This document shows positions 47,267 through 58,749 of a stretch of 64,000 bases of DNA, one piece after another. The notes beneath the pieces are model-generated. The model saw nothing but the letters and a program-made list of their open reading frames with translations. It did no database searches and had not been told where the DNA came from. The DNA is taken from contig CAYSIN010000002.1 of NCBI GenBank assembly GCA_964431135.1, positions 1,811 through 65,810 of the forward strand, given 5' to 3'. Source of the stretch: an uncultured Bacteroidales bacterium (lineage in GTDB: Bacteria; Bacteroidota; Bacteroidia; Bacteroidales; GWA2-32-17). A program made the translations under genes and the position numbers. Each line of letters opens with the position of its first letter. Position 1 is the stretch's first letter.

Positions 47267-48133
47267 TTATTTTAATAAGGTTAAACACTCATCTAAACTT
47301 ATACGCCAATAAGGAATAGATTGCTCAAAGGTTTGTTTAAATTTAGAAGTGTCGAAAACACTGTATGCTGGGCGTTTGGCAACAGTGGGATAGTCTTTGG
47401 TCAGAATAGGAATTATTTTACAGGGCAATTCAAAGCGCTGAACAATTTCATAAGCCATGTCAAACCACGAGCATACACCTTCGTTGGCATAATGATAAAT
47501 GCCACGTTTAAAAAGATGATGATGATGAACATTTTCGTTGATAAGGGTTAAAATGGCTCTTGCCAAATCGGCTGCATACGTAGGCGAACCAATCTGGTCA
47601 TATACTACATTTAAGGCTTCTCTTTCTTTGGCATATTTTAAAATGGTTTTTACAAAATTAGTTCCATAAGAAGAATATAGCCACGATGTCCGTATTACAA
47701 CCGTATCGGTATGTCTTAATGCTTCTATTTCACCCTGTAATTTTGTTTTTCCATATACACCTAACGGATTTACTGTGTCATCTTCGTTATAAGGGACGTT
47801 GTTTTTTCCGTCAAACACATAATCAGTAGAAATATGAAACAAATGCATTTTATAATTAGTAGCCAAACGTGCCAGATTGGAAACTCCCTGTACGTTTATC
47901 AATGCTGCTTTTTTCTGTTCGCTTTCGGCTTTGTCAACAGCAGTATAGGCAGCAGCATTAATGATATAGGTATATTTTTGGTTATCAAAAAATAATTTCA
48001 ATGAAGACATATTGGTAATATCCAATTCTTCAATATCGGTAAAGGTCATGCTTAAATCGGGGAACTCGGTACTTAATTTGTTTAACTCACTTCCTAATTG
48101 TCCTTTGGAGCCTGTAACTAAAATGGTATTCAT
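47267..48133 (-). CDS. rfbD: dTDP-4-dehydrorhamnose reductase
   Basis: 288 aa. ILVTGSKGQLG N-terminus and Y..TK catalytic pair. Confidence 0.85.
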   Translation of the reverse strand: MNTILVTGSKGQLGSELNKLSTEFPDLSMTFTDIEELDITNMSSLKLFFDNQKYTYIINAAAYTAVDKAESEQKKAALINVQGVSNLARLATNYKMHLFHISTDYVFDGKNNVPYNEDDTVNPLGVYGKTKLQGEIEALRHTDTVVIRTSWLYSSYGTNFVKTILKYAKEREALNVVYDQIGSPTYAADLARAILTLINENVHHHHLFKRGIYHYANEGVCSWFDMAYEIVQRFELPCKIIPILTKDYPTVAKRPAYSVFDTSKFKQTFEQSIPYWRISLDECLTLLK

Positions 48134-48141
48134 ATATATTA

Positions 48142-48690
48142 TTATTTAAAATGTACGGATTTTTCAAAGGGAGGTAAAATTTTATCTTTTTCAGATACAA
48201 CGGCTTTTTCGAGAGGAATTTTCCAATCAATATTTAAAAAGGTATCGGCATAATATACGCCATGTTCACTTTCCTTATGATAATAATTATCGCATTTATA
48301 AGAAAAAATGGCTGTCTCGGACATTACACTGAAACCATGAGCAAACCCGCGTGGAATATAAAACATGCGTTTAGATATTTCGTCTAATTCTATACCAAAC
48401 CATTTTCCAAAGGTAGGGCTACTTTCTCTAACATCGACGGCTACATCAAAAACCTTTCCCTTAATAACACGTACCAGTTTTGCCTGAGCATAAGGTTCGG
48501 CTTGAAAATGTAATCCACGTATCACACCATAACTCGACATCGATTCATTGTCCTGCACAAAATGATTATGAATACCCAATTTTGAAAATTTTTCTATATT
48601 GTATGATTCTACAAAGTACCCACGTACATCGGTAAATACATCTTGTTCTATAATAAGTAACCCATTAACAGGTGTTTCTATCAATTTCAT
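48142..48690 (-). CDS. rfbC: dTDP-4-dehydrorhamnose 3,5-epimerase
   Basis: 182 aa cupin. RGLHFQ, KLVRV and PRGFAHGF motifs. Confidence 0.9.
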   Translation of the reverse strand: MKLIETPVNGLLIIEQDVFTDVRGYFVESYNIEKFSKLGIHNHFVQDNESMSSYGVIRGLHFQAEPYAQAKLVRVIKGKVFDVAVDVRESSPTFGKWFGIELDEISKRMFYIPRGFAHGFSVMSETAIFSYKCDNYYHKESEHGVYYADTFLNIDWKIPLEKAVVSEKDKILPPFEKSVHFK

Positions 48691-48702
48691 TGGTCAATAA
48701 AA

Positions 48703-49578
48703 TTAAATATATTTATCGTTAATAATGTCAAGCAAATAATCGCCATACTGATTTTTTTTGTATAAGGATGCCAGTAAGGTCAATTGTTCTTTGTTGATAA
48801 ACCCCTCGCGGTAAGCAATTTCTTCTATACAGGCAACTTTGAGTCCTTGTCGCTGTTCGATGGTAGCAATAAAATTGGATGCCGCCAAAAGCGATTCATG
48901 CGTACCAGTATCAAGCCAAGCCATGCCACGACTCAATAATTTAACATTTAACTGCTGTTCCTGTAAATAAATTTTATTGAGGTCTGTAATTTCCAATTCG
49001 CCTCGTGCCGAAGGTTTTAGTGTTTTTGCTTTTTGAGATACGGTATGGTCATAAAAGTATAGCCCTGTAATAGCAAAATTTGACTTGGGCTGTTTAGGTT
49101 TTTCTTCCAGACTGATAACCTTTCCATGACTGTCAAACTCGGCAACACCATATCGTTCGGGGTCTTTAACATAATAACCAAAAACAGTTGCTCCATGAAT
49201 ATGGCTTGCAGTATCTTTTAGCAGTTGACGAAAGCCGTATCCATAAAAAATATTATCGCCCAATATCATGCAAACATTATCGTTTTTAATAAATTCTTCA
49301 CCAATAATAAATGCTTGAGCCAGACCATCCGGTGAAGGCTGCACCGCATACGACATATTTAATCCCAATGAAGAACCCTCGTTAAATAAATCTTGATACA
49401 GCGAAATATCTTTTGGCGTTGAAATAATTAAAATATCTCTTATACCTGCCATCATGAGTACCGACAGTGGATAATAAATCATCGGTTTATCATAAATAGG
49501 TACTATTTGTTTAGATATGCTAATTGTAATAGGAAACAATCGTGTTCCTGAGCCACCGGCTAATATAATTCCTTTCAT
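48703..49578 (-). CDS. rfbA: Glucose-1-phosphate thymidylyltransferase
   Basis: 291 aa. [12 protein letters not shown] and AWLDTGT motifs. Confidence 0.9.
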   Translation of the reverse strand: MKGIILAGGSGTRLFPITISISKQIVPIYDKPMIYYPLSVLMMAGIRDILIISTPKDISLYQDLFNEGSSLGLNMSYAVQPSPDGLAQAFIIGEEFIKNDNVCMILGDNIFYGYGFRQLLKDTASHIHGATVFGYYVKDPERYGVAEFDSHGKVISLEEKPKQPKSNFAITGLYFYDHTVSQKAKTLKPSARGELEITDLNKIYLQEQQLNVKLLSRGMAWLDTGTHESLLAASNFIATIEQRQGLKVACIEEIAYREGFINKEQLTLLASLYKKNQYGDYLLDIINDKYI

Positions 49579-49611
49579 ATTTTAATTTTTTTCAGGTTCT
49601 TCCATTAAACA

Positions 49612-50562
49612 TTAATAATTAAAAAGTTCTTTTTTAAAGTAATCGATGGTATAAATTAATCCTTCTTCGAGTGGAATTTTGGGCTCCCACTGATTCAATA
49701 TTTTTTTTGCATTAGAAATATCGGGTTGCCGCTGTGTTGGGTCATCTTCGGGCAATGGTTTAAATACAATCTTTGACTTGGATTTGGTAAGTGAAATTAC
49801 TTTTTGGGCTAATTCGAGAATGGTAAATTCACCGGGATTTCCAATATTAACGGGTCCAATAATATCATCCGCCGTATTCATTAGTCGTGTCAATCCTTCT
49901 ATCAAATCCGATACATATTGAAAACTTCTTGTTTGGCTGCCATCGCCATAAACGGTAATATCTTCGTTTTTCAATGCCTGTACAATAAAATTGGAAACCA
50001 CTCTGCCATCGTGAGGATGCATGCGAGGTCCATACGTATTGAAAATGCGTGCTATTTTAATGCGTACGTGATTTTGTTTATGATAATTGATAAAAAGTGA
50101 TTCGGTGCAACGCTTACCTTCATCATAACAGGAGCGTGAACCAATAGGATTAACATTTCCCCAATACGTTTCAGGTTGCGGGTGTGTAATAGGGTCTCCA
50201 TAAACTTCGCTGGTAGAAGCCTGCAATATTTTTGCCTGTAATCGTTTTGCCATTCCCAGCATATTTATGGCACCCATAACACTGGTCTTTATAGTTTTTA
50301 TAGGGTTGTACTGATAATGAATAGGTGAAGCCGGACAAGCAAGATTATAAATTTCGTCCACTTCTAGAAAAATAGGATTAATTACATCGTGCCGGATAAT
50401 CTCAAAGTATGGATTTTTTAATAGATGGCTGATGTTTTGTTTGGAGCCGGTAAAAAAATTATCAATACAAATAACTTCGTTGTTTTCGTTTAACAACCGT
50501 TCACAAAGATGAGAACCAATAAAACCGGCTCCGCCAGTAATCAATATTCGTTTACGTATCAT
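49612..50562 (-). CDS. UDP-glucuronate decarboxylase (UDP-xylose synthase-like SDR)
   Basis: 316 aa. [16 protein letters not shown] and PTQRQPDIS motifs. Confidence 0.8.
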   Translation of the reverse strand: MIRKRILITGGAGFIGSHLCERLLNENNEVICIDNFFTGSKQNISHLLKNPYFEIIRHDVINPIFLEVDEIYNLACPASPIHYQYNPIKTIKTSVMGAINMLGMAKRLQAKILQASTSEVYGDPITHPQPETYWGNVNPIGSRSCYDEGKRCTESLFINYHKQNHVRIKIARIFNTYGPRMHPHDGRVVSNFIVQALKNEDITVYGDGSQTRSFQYVSDLIEGLTRLMNTADDIIGPVNIGNPGEFTILELAQKVISLTKSKSKIVFKPLPEDDPTQRQPDISNAKKILNQWEPKIPLEEGLIYTIDYFKKELFNY

Positions 50563-51884
50563 AAAAGTTGTTTTCTGCCTATGCTAAAATATTCAAAACC
50601 GTTTTCTTTCATCTCTGAAGGTTCATAGATATTCCTACCATCAAAAACCACATACTTTTTCATGAGGGATTTCATTTTAGCATAATCGGGTATTCTAAAT
50701 TCATTCCATTCTGTTACCAATAACATGGCATCCGCATTTTGCAATGCATCATATTCGCTGGAACAATAACGAACCACGTTGCCAATTCTGCGTTTACATT
50801 CATCCATCGCTACTGGGTCATATACCTGAACCGTTGCACCCTTTTCGAGTAACAACTTAATGATAGTAAGGGCAGGCGATTCACGCATATCATCCGTATT
50901 GGGCTTAAACGATAATCCCCAAATGGCAATGATTTTATTTGATAAATCATGATGGAAATATTGAATGACTTTGTTTGCCAAATATTGTTTTTGTTCATCA
51001 TTCACTTTATCCACGGCGTTAAGAACTTTAAAGTCGTATTGATATTGCTGAGACGTATGAATGAGTGCTTTTACATCCTTAGGAAAACAGGAGCCGCCAT
51101 ACCCTACACCTGCATATAAAAACTTATTTCCAATACGCGGGTCGCTTCCAATTCCTTTGCGTACCATGGTAACATCTGCTCCAACGCGTTCGCATACAAG
51201 GGCTATTTCGTTCATGAAACTAATTCGGGTAGCAAGCATGGCATTAGCAGCATATTTAGTTAATTCTGCCGAAGCAATATCCATGAAAATAATAGGATGA
51301 TTGTTTAAAATAAACGGTTGATAAAGTTTTTTCATGACTTTTTCGGAAGCCTCACTTTCTACACCTATAACAATACGGTCGGGACGCAAGAAATCTTCAA
51401 TAGCATTGCCTTCTTTCAAGAATTCAGGATTTGAAACCACATCAAACGGGATATTGACTTTTCGTTGAGTAAGTTTTTCCTGAATAACTGCCTTTACTTT
51501 TTGAGCAGTTCCAACGGGAACCGTACTCTTATTTACGACCACTAGGTAATGGTCTAAATGTTCCCCTATTTCTGAAGCCACATCCAACACATATTTCAAA
51601 TCGGCTGAGCCATCTTCGTCGGGTGGTGTTCCAACGGCAATAAATACAACTTCGGCATCCTTTATACTTTGGGCAATACTGGTAGTAAAAAACAAGTTTC
51701 CTTTTTGCTGATTACGAACAACCATGGATTCCAAGCCCGGTTCAAAAATAGGAATGCTCCCTTTCTTTAAAAGATTGATTTTATTTTCGTCAATATCTAC
51801 ACACGTAACCGTTATACCTGTTTCTGCAAAACAGGTTCCTGTTACTAAACCAACATACCCTGTTCCTACGATAGAAATTTTCAT
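50559..51884 (-). CDS. ugd: UDP-glucose 6-dehydrogenase
   Basis: 441 aa. GTGYVGL and GGSCFPKD motifs. ATGA overlap with the downstream gene. Confidence 0.9.
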   Translation of the reverse strand: MKISIVGTGYVGLVTGTCFAETGITVTCVDIDENKINLLKKGSIPIFEPGLESMVVRNQQKGNLFFTTSIAQSIKDAEVVFIAVGTPPDEDGSADLKYVLDVASEIGEHLDHYLVVVNKSTVPVGTAQKVKAVIQEKLTQRKVNIPFDVVSNPEFLKEGNAIEDFLRPDRIVIGVESEASEKVMKKLYQPFILNNHPIIFMDIASAELTKYAANAMLATRISFMNEIALVCERVGADVTMVRKGIGSDPRIGNKFLYAGVGYGGSCFPKDVKALIHTSQQYQYDFKVLNAVDKVNDEQKQYLANKVIQYFHHDLSNKIIAIWGLSFKPNTDDMRESPALTIIKLLLEKGATVQVYDPVAMDECKRRIGNVVRYCSSEYDALQNADAMLLVTEWNEFRIPDYAKMKSLMKKYVVFDGRNIYEPSEMKENGFEYFSIGRKQLL

Positions 51885-52071
51885 CTAACTTCCCTTTTTA
51901 ATTAATTATTTTAATGAGTAAAAAAACAAATATTTTAATGCTGACAAAAGTAATAAGCATTAATGTTTTTACCAACAAAAAATAGAATATAAAAAAATGG
52001 TGCTTCTTATAAAAGATGTTAACAGTCCAAAAAAAATATTATATTTTTTTTGGAAATATATTTTTTTGTAT

Positions 52072-52079
52072 TATCTTTG
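52072..52079 (+). promoter_or_regulatory. Bacteroidota-type -7 box (TATCTTTG) upstream of rpoD
   Basis: TAnnTTTG match about 144 nt upstream of the rpoD ATG. Confidence 0.35.
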
Positions 52080-52222
52080 CAGTTCGGAGAAAATAAAATG
52101 ATATTATTTTATACATCTTATAATCAAGTTATTATAAATCATATTAAAATTAGTTTTAATCGTTTGTTTTATTTTCTTGACAATATTCACAGCAAAAACA
52201 ACGTTAATGATTAAATAAATTT

Positions 52223-53083
52223 ATGAGACAATTAAAAATTACTAAATCTATTACTAATCGTGAAAGTGCGTCGTTAGACAAGTACCTTCAGGAAATTGGT
52301 AAAGAAGAATTGATTACTGTCGAAGAAGAAGTAGAATTGGCTCAACGTATTCGAAAAGGTGATAGAGAAGCCTTGGAAAAACTTACCAAAGCCAATTTGC
52401 GATTTGTGGTTTCGGTTGCAAAGCAATACCAAAATCAGGGATTAAGTTTGCCCGACCTTATCAATGAAGGTAATTTGGGGTTGATACGTGCAGCCGAAAA
52501 ATTCGATGAAACACGTGGCTTTAAGTTTATTTCGTATGCTGTATGGTGGATACGTCAATCTATATTGCAAGCATTAGCCGAGCAGTCTCGTATTGTTCGT
52601 TTGCCACTCAATCAGGTAGGTGCATTGAACAAAATCAACAAAGCATTATCTAAATTTGAACAGGAATATGAACGTACACCTACTCCCGAAGAATTAGCCG
52701 TTGTGCTTGATGTCCCAAAGGAAAAAGTAATGGATACATTACGTGTTTCAGGTCGTCATATCTCTATGGATGCACCTTTTGTTGAAGGTGAAGATAACAG
52801 TTTGGTGGACGTTATTGAAAATCCAGATTCGCCCATTGCTGATGGCAAACTGATTAAAGAATCACTAAAAAAGGAAATTGAACGTTCTTTGGCTACATTA
52901 ACAGAACGTGAACGCGATATTGTCCGTTATTTTTTTGGTATTTCCTGTCAGGAAAAAACATTGGAAGAAATTGGTGAAGAGTTTGACTTAACGCGTGAAC
53001 GTGTACGGCAGATTAAGGAAAAAGCTATTCGCCGCTTGCGTCATACTAGCCGTAGCAAATTGTTGAAACAATACCTCGGGTAA
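52223..53083 (+). CDS. rpoD: RNA polymerase primary sigma factor (short Bacteroidota-type sigma-70)
   Basis: 286 aa. Region 2 ([30 protein letters not shown]) and region 4 ([20 protein letters not shown]). Confidence 0.9.
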   Translation: MRQLKITKSITNRESASLDKYLQEIGKEELITVEEEVELAQRIRKGDREALEKLTKANLRFVVSVAKQYQNQGLSLPDLINEGNLGLIRAAEKFDETRGFKFISYAVWWIRQSILQALAEQSRIVRLPLNQVGALNKINKALSKFEQEYERTPTPEELAVVLDVPKEKVMDTLRVSGRHISMDAPFVEGEDNSLVDVIENPDSPIADGKLIKESLKKEIERSLATLTERERDIVRYFFGISCQEKTLEEIGEEFDLTRERVRQIKEKAIRRLRHTSRSKLLKQYLG

Positions 53084-53196
53084 AAGGTATTAACTATAAG
53101 TATTTTTATTTCAATTTTAAATTTAATAAACTCGGAATGAAATACTATATAATTAAATAGCAATATGTTATAAAAGGTTAGTGGTATTAAGTGCCA

Positions 53197-54696
53197 CTAT
53201 TTATAATGCAAATATTGCGTTACCAATTCGCTTAAGGCAAGAGTATCGTTTTGAATTTTTTCGCGTAAATCTTTATCCTTGTATTTTTGTAACTGGGCAA
53301 TGATAGCATCAATCGTTCCGGCGGGGAAAATATTTTCTGTTTCGAATAAAGAACGTTTTTGCAGCAGGCAATTTGCCGATTCAACACAGGAGGTGGGTAA
53401 ATGCCCTAGTTCTTCTACCCGTTTGTTATTTTGTTCCTTATGGATATCAATATTGACATACATCTTTTCGGCAAGTTCAAGAGCATGGGGCATGATAAAT
53501 CCAGAAGCAGCCGACAATGCTATACCGGCTAAAAGCAAATAAACATCGGCTGTTCCATCGGGAGAACGCAATTCGGAAGTTTGTTTTTCGGGTTTTGATA
53601 TGGAGTTATTTTTCATAACAGGATTAGCCACTGCAATCATATTGGCGTTGGTAGTCCAACCGAGTGGTACACGAACAAGCACGGAACGGTTGCGGTCACC
53701 CCAGCAAATACTGGTCGGTGCTTCCTGATGCGGTACTAAACGTAAATAGGACAACGGCGTTGTATTACCAAATGCCGTCAGGGCATCCGCATTGTTTAAA
53801 ATACCGGCAATCATTTTTTTAGCGACATCGCTAAGTTTACTATTTTCTAACATCATATTATGCCCATCTTTTTCGGCAAGAAAATGGATATGCATACCGC
53901 TACCTGCTTTCCCAACAGTTATTTTTGGAGCAAAACTAACATTAATGCCATATTGATAAGCCAAATTTCGTATAACCCATTTGGCAATTAAAATCTGGTC
54001 GGCTGTTTCTTCAACAGGAACAGGCAAAAATTCTATTTCGTGCTGCTCGTAAGTATAATTTTCGTCTGAGAATGCACCTACTTCCGAATGCCCGTATTTG
54101 ACTTTGCCTCCACATTGCGATATCATTTGAATGGCATGGTTTCTAAAAGCGTTTTGTTTGATAAAAGGTTCCGATTCGTGATATCCTTTTTGATTGGTAG
54201 GTTCAAACTCGGTTTCTTTTGGAGCAATGGTATAAAATTCTAGTTCACCCATGGCTTTGAATGTCATGCCGGTTGTTTTTTGAAAGTAGCGATGTGCTTT
54301 TTGGAGAATATATTCAGGTGCACTTTCAAGCGGTTTCCCTTCGTTGGTAAAAAAAGAGCAAAGTATATCTACCGTTGGTATTTCGGTAAAGGGATTAACA
54401 AAGGCTGTTTTATAGCGCGGTATAACGTACAGGTCGCTAGAACCGGCTTCAACAAACGAAAACAAACTAGACCCATCTACGCGTTCGCCATGCGTTAGAA
54501 TAAGTTCCAAGTATTCGCGACTGTGAATATAAAAACAAAGTGTTTTTAAACGTCCGTCTTGAGCGGCATACCTGAAGTTTAACATTTCAATATGATGGTC
54601 GGTGATATATTTAATAATATCTTCACGTGTAAATTCAGAAGCATTTTTTTTAAGTTCTTTCTCTATCAAATTGGCATGCAAATCAAACTGTTCCAT
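53197..54696 (-). CDS. Glutamine synthetase family protein
   Basis: 499 aa. GSGMHIHF and the surrounding GS catalytic-domain pattern. Subtype not determined. Confidence 0.7.
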   Translation of the reverse strand: MEQFDLHANLIEKELKKNASEFTREDIIKYITDHHIEMLNFRYAAQDGRLKTLCFYIHSREYLELILTHGERVDGSSLFSFVEAGSSDLYVIPRYKTAFVNPFTEIPTVDILCSFFTNEGKPLESAPEYILQKAHRYFQKTTGMTFKAMGELEFYTIAPKETEFEPTNQKGYHESEPFIKQNAFRNHAIQMISQCGGKVKYGHSEVGAFSDENYTYEQHEIEFLPVPVEETADQILIAKWVIRNLAYQYGINVSFAPKITVGKAGSGMHIHFLAEKDGHNMMLENSKLSDVAKKMIAGILNNADALTAFGNTTPLSYLRLVPHQEAPTSICWGDRNRSVLVRVPLGWTTNANMIAVANPVMKNNSISKPEKQTSELRSPDGTADVYLLLAGIALSAASGFIMPHALELAEKMYVNIDIHKEQNNKRVEELGHLPTSCVESANCLLQKRSLFETENIFPAGTIDAIIAQLQKYKDKDLREKIQNDTLALSELVTQYLHYK

Positions 54697-54729
54697 ATTA
54701 TTATAAATTTTATATGATATACAAAAATA

Positions 54730-55185
54730 TTATTTACTTGGTTCGTAATTTCGAATAATGAGCACTTGATAATCGCCCAATTCTTTAAATCCGTGTTTTA
54801 AATAAAGTTTTCTGGCTTTAACATTATCTCTATGTACTTCCAATTTTAATTGCAGTTTTAATTCTTTTCCTATTTGAATACATTTTTGACATAACAAGTT
54901 AGATAATCCCAATCCCTGAAATTCTGGTAAAATGCCAAAATGATGAAGATATAATCTACGGAAGTCGTTCGTAAGCCATGCTGTTCCTGCTACTTTTTTT
55001 TGTGGCAAGTATTCAAGAATTAAAAATTTTCCACCGTGTGCAAGTGTCTGTTCAATAACCTGAAGCGTATCACCACGAACCGCACCTCCCATTCCTGTTT
55101 GCTCCCATAATGCAGAAACGGAATCGTAATCGGTAATATTAAAATCGCGGATAATATAATAGTCAACATTTTGTTTTTCTGCCAT
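54730..55185 (-). CDS. GNAT family N-acetyltransferase
   Basis: 151 aa. Acetyl-CoA motif FQGLGLSNLL and C-terminal LY.K.GF. Confidence 0.8.
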   Translation of the reverse strand: MAEKQNVDYYIIRDFNITDYDSVSALWEQTGMGGAVRGDTLQVIEQTLAHGGKFLILEYLPQKKVAGTAWLTNDFRRLYLHHFGILPEFQGLGLSNLLCQKCIQIGKELKLQLKLEVHRDNVKARKLYLKHGFKELGDYQVLIIRNYEPSK

Positions 55186-55244
55186 ACATATATATTATGA
55201 ACAATTTTAAAAATCCATCTTCACCATACCAAAAAAGAAAAAAA

Positions 55245-56885
55245 TTATTCCTTATTTAACAGGAAATGTTTTGTCAACGTGGGTGTTTCTAATTCGGTAT
55301 TTTTAGGTATTTTGAATTTTAATGTAAACGGCTTGTATCCGTTGGCTTTGGTTGATACTTCATATCGTTTATCGGAAGGAAGTGTAATAAAGTATTCGCC
55401 GTTTTCGTTCGATTCGGTAACATACGTTTCGTTGCTCATCACATCTTTAAATGTCAACGTTGCCTTAATAGGTGAACTATTGTCGGCATCGCTAACCTTT
55501 CCTTTCATAATAGATAACGTAGAACCAGTAATTGCTTGCGACACATTGGTAGGAATATTTTCTTGTGTTTTGAAATAATTGGACATATCAATGCTATAAA
55601 TATCAAATTCGCCATAGCCGCCATCGCGATTGCTCGAAATATAAGCCGTCTTTTTATCGGTAGAAAGTACAAAGTGAATTTCATCGTGGGTAGTATTGAT
55701 AGGATACCCTAAATTGATAGGCTCTGCCCATTTGCCATTGTCAAAATATGACATGAAAATATCGTAACCTCCCATGGTTTTATGTCCGTTGGAACTGAAA
55801 AACAATGTTTTTCCATCGGGATGAATGTAAACACCAATTTCATCATACGGAGAATTAATAGTGGGTCCAAGATTGACAGGTGTTCCCCATGAGTTTCCTT
55901 CTCTTTTTGTCATATAAATATCGCCATGACCATAACCGCCTTTTTCGCGTTCACTGACGAAAAACATAGTATTCCCGTCGGAGGTAATACAGGCCGAACT
56001 TTCAAAATAAGTAGTATTGATTTCCTTATTAAGAATAGGTTTTGGTTCGCTCCATTCGCCGGTAGGTGATTTGGTAGAAAAATAAATATCGCCACTTCCC
56101 GTAATATTTGGTATATTTTTATAAATGAAGATAGTGTTTCCATCGGGAGATATGCTCATGTTGGCATCGTGGTAATTAGTATTTATGGGTGTCCCAATAT
56201 TCACAGAATGAGCCCAATTATGTTTTTTATCATCCCAGGTGGAAATATAAATATCATCGTAATAACATTCAGAGTCAAAATCATATCTTCCTCCCACATT
56301 TTGAAGACGACGACTGGTATAAATCAATGTTTTTCCATCGGCAGTGAGTGAGGGTGCTGCATCTACGTATATTGAATTGATATTGGTATCCAAATCCAAT
56401 ATTTTTACATCCACCGGTTTTGATATAAGGTCTTTTGCAGTGAGACATTGTTGAATAACTACATTGGCATAACTCTGCTCGGCTTGCTTGGGCGATAATT
56501 TACTTTTATATTTATAATAGCAATCGAGGGCTATATCAACTTCGCCTTTATATTGATAAGATTCGCCCAATAATAAATAGGCTTCATTTTTAATAGCGGT
56601 ATCCACTTTAATGGCTGTTTGTAAATGAATCAATGCACTGTCCGGCATTTTCAGTTCAAAATAACACTGTCCCATTCTGTAATTAAGCATGGCATGTTCA
56701 GGATTAATTTTATACAACTCTCTGTATATTTTTAATGCACCGCGAAAATTTTCATTATTGAAAGACATCCATGCTTCAGCATACTTTAATTTAAAATTTT
56801 CACTTTCCTTTTGTGCAAAAATAATTGAGGGGAATAATGCTAAAACCATTACAAATACTGCAATATAAGTTTTTATAACTTTCAT
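55245..56885 (-). CDS. Secreted TPR + PD40 (TolB-like beta-propeller) repeat protein with C-terminal carboxypeptidase-regulatory-like domain
   Basis: Signal peptide at M42 of the track ORF (MKVIKTYIAVFVMVLALFPSIIFAQ), TPR-like N-terminus and repeated S.DG.T..F.S.R.GG.G..DIY blocks. No OmpA C-terminal domain is seen. Confidence 0.65.
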   Translation of the reverse strand: MKVIKTYIAVFVMVLALFPSIIFAQKESENFKLKYAEAWMSFNNENFRGALKIYRELYKINPEHAMLNYRMGQCYFELKMPDSALIHLQTAIKVDTAIKNEAYLLLGESYQYKGEVDIALDCYYKYKSKLSPKQAEQSYANVVIQQCLTAKDLISKPVDVKILDLDTNINSIYVDAAPSLTADGKTLIYTSRRLQNVGGRYDFDSECYYDDIYISTWDDKKHNWAHSVNIGTPINTNYHDANMSISPDGNTIFIYKNIPNITGSGDIYFSTKSPTGEWSEPKPILNKEINTTYFESSACITSDGNTMFFVSEREKGGYGHGDIYMTKREGNSWGTPVNLGPTINSPYDEIGVYIHPDGKTLFFSSNGHKTMGGYDIFMSYFDNGKWAEPINLGYPINTTHDEIHFVLSTDKKTAYISSNRDGGYGEFDIYSIDMSNYFKTQENIPTNVSQAITGSTLSIMKGKVSDADNSSPIKATLTFKDVMSNETYVTESNENGEYFITLPSDKRYEVSTKANGYKPFTLKFKIPKNTELETPTLTKHFLLNKE

Positions 56886-57064
56886 CTCACTTGCTGTTAA
56901 ATATTTTGGAGTAAAATTATACAAAGAAAGTGAAATAAAGAAATATTTTATTAAAAATTTTTTTTCTTCCAATTTTTTATTGGAGAATATTTTCATAAAA
57001 AACACCAATAGAACCTTTCAACAATTCAGTAAAATAACGTTACTTTTGCCATGATAAAAAATAG

Positions 57065-58006
57065 ATGAAAGCATTAATTGTAAATGCAGCGAAGAGTGCA
57101 TTGAAAGTATCGTGGTTACTGATAAAAGTTTATATTCCATTATCTATTTTATCTGCCTTTTTAAGACAATGGGGCTTTTTTGAATGGCTCAGTCCCTACC
57201 TGTCACCCTTTATGAATTTTTTAGGACTTCCTGGTAAATCGTCTGTTTCGTTAATTGCAGCCTTTTTGGGAAATGTCTATGCAGGTGTTGCTACTATTCC
57301 ATCTCTTAATCTAACTGCACGTGAAGTAACTATTTTGGGCATCATTATTGGATTTTCTCATAACTTGCTGGTAGAAACCGGCATTTTAATGAATTTGCGT
57401 TTTGCCAATATTCGTATTGTTCTATTTAGATTAGTATTGGGCTTGTTTGCTGGCTTTTTAGCCAATGTTATTCTTCCGGAACAATTTTCTGCCACGGTAC
57501 TAAATCCCTATTTTAAAACTTCCGAAACGGTTGATTGGTACAATGTAATTATGGGCATGTTTACTACCATTCTGCAAATCATAGCCTTGGTTTTTTTAAT
57601 TCAACTTTTGTACGAACTCTTGAAGCGATGGACGTTTATGCACAAAATAAAATCGTATTTTCATCGCTTCGGTATGTTTTTCGGAATATCGAGCGGCGGT
57701 GTTGTTCCATGGCTTACGGGTTTCTTTTTTGGCATTGTTTACGGTGCCGGTATTATGATGCAGTTTGTTCAAAACGGTGTAGTAAAACAAAAAGATGCGG
57801 CACTGATTACTGTATTCCTTATTCTGGCTCATTCCATTATTGAAGATTCACTTATTTTTGCCTTTGTCGGTGGAAGTTTCTGGTTTATCTTTATTACTCG
57901 TGTAACCATTGCCTTTATTACACTTAAACTGCTTTCTTATGGGAATATCTATAAAAAACTTTATCTTATCGGGTCGGGAATAAAAGAAGATTTTACGAAA
58001 ATCTGA
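57065..58006 (+). CDS. Polytopic membrane protein, nucleoside-recognition (Gate) domain-like
   Basis: 313 aa, multi-TM. The resemblance is judged by eye only. A TACTTTTG box lies at 57041-57048. Confidence 0.4.
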   Translation: MKALIVNAAKSALKVSWLLIKVYIPLSILSAFLRQWGFFEWLSPYLSPFMNFLGLPGKSSVSLIAAFLGNVYAGVATIPSLNLTAREVTILGIIIGFSHNLLVETGILMNLRFANIRIVLFRLVLGLFAGFLANVILPEQFSATVLNPYFKTSETVDWYNVIMGMFTTILQIIALVFLIQLLYELLKRWTFMHKIKSYFHRFGMFFGISSGGVVPWLTGFFFGIVYGAGIMMQFVQNGVVKQKDAALITVFLILAHSIIEDSLIFAFVGGSFWFIFITRVTIAFITLKLLSYGNIYKKLYLIGSGIKEDFTKI

Positions 58007-58094
58007 ATTCATTGCGCAAAAACAAACATAAAAAATGTTTTATTGTTCCTTTGCAGAAATGTGTTAAAGTAAATTTTCCAAATACGATATACTA

Positions 58095-58748
58095 TCAAAT
58101 AATATATCCATTGGAAATATACATACAAAAAAATGAAATAATCATTCCTGTCAAAAATCCGGAAAAAACTTCCCGTGTATCATGTGCTTTTAATAAAAGT
58201 CTTGCCGAAATAATAATGCCTGAAGCAAAAATGGCTGATAAAAGAATATAAGCAGGCGAAACCATAATCGTAATAAAACGATAAAATACTAAAACGCCGA
58301 GTAGCGAACCAATAGCATACGTATGAATACTTATTTTTGGAATAAGAAATTGCATCAGTAACAATGCAAATGAAATCATGGGCATAGCAATAATAAAGAT
58401 AAAAATATAGGAAGGTATGAATGTACCTCTTAATAAATAGAATGTAAAAAAGTAAAAAACAGTAATGGTAGCAGAAATGATAATCCGTTCTTCTTTAAGT
58501 GGCAAATAAAAAGAAGAGATTAGATGAAAATAATACATAAAAGCCATTACAATAAGTGGAATAACGGCTGTCATAAGAAAGAAAACCGTGAGGAGCATTT
58601 TAACGGCTAATGGATTAAAGAAAATATAGTGTGAGTACAGCAGTAAAATGGAAGCAATTGTATATGATGGCATTAACAAGGGATGAAAAAGAATGGTAAA
58701 AAAATTGAAAAATATTTTTTCAACTTTGGTTAAAGTAAAATCGTTCAT
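58095..58748 (-). CDS. Polytopic membrane protein, possibly PAP2-like phosphatase
   Basis: 217 aa. The C-terminal SARLLLKAHDTREV loosely fits the PAP2 SRx5Hx3D motif. The earlier motifs are weak. Confidence 0.3.
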   Translation of the reverse strand: MNDFTLTKVEKIFFNFFTILFHPLLMPSYTIASILLLYSHYIFFNPLAVKMLLTVFFLMTAVIPLIVMAFMYYFHLISSFYLPLKEERIIISATITVFYFFTFYLLRGTFIPSYIFIFIIAMPMISFALLLMQFLIPKISIHTYAIGSLLGVLVFYRFITIMVSPAYILLSAIFASGIIISARLLLKAHDTREVFSGFLTGMIISFFCMYISNGYII

Positions 58749-58749
58749 T

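Noticed and set aside
53179-53199. Hairpin TAGTGG...CCACTA between convergent rpoD and the glutamine-synthetase-like gene as a bidirectional terminator
   Set aside because: The stem is only 6 bp, it overlaps the stop codon of the minus-strand gene and it lacks a clear T-run. This is too weak to call.
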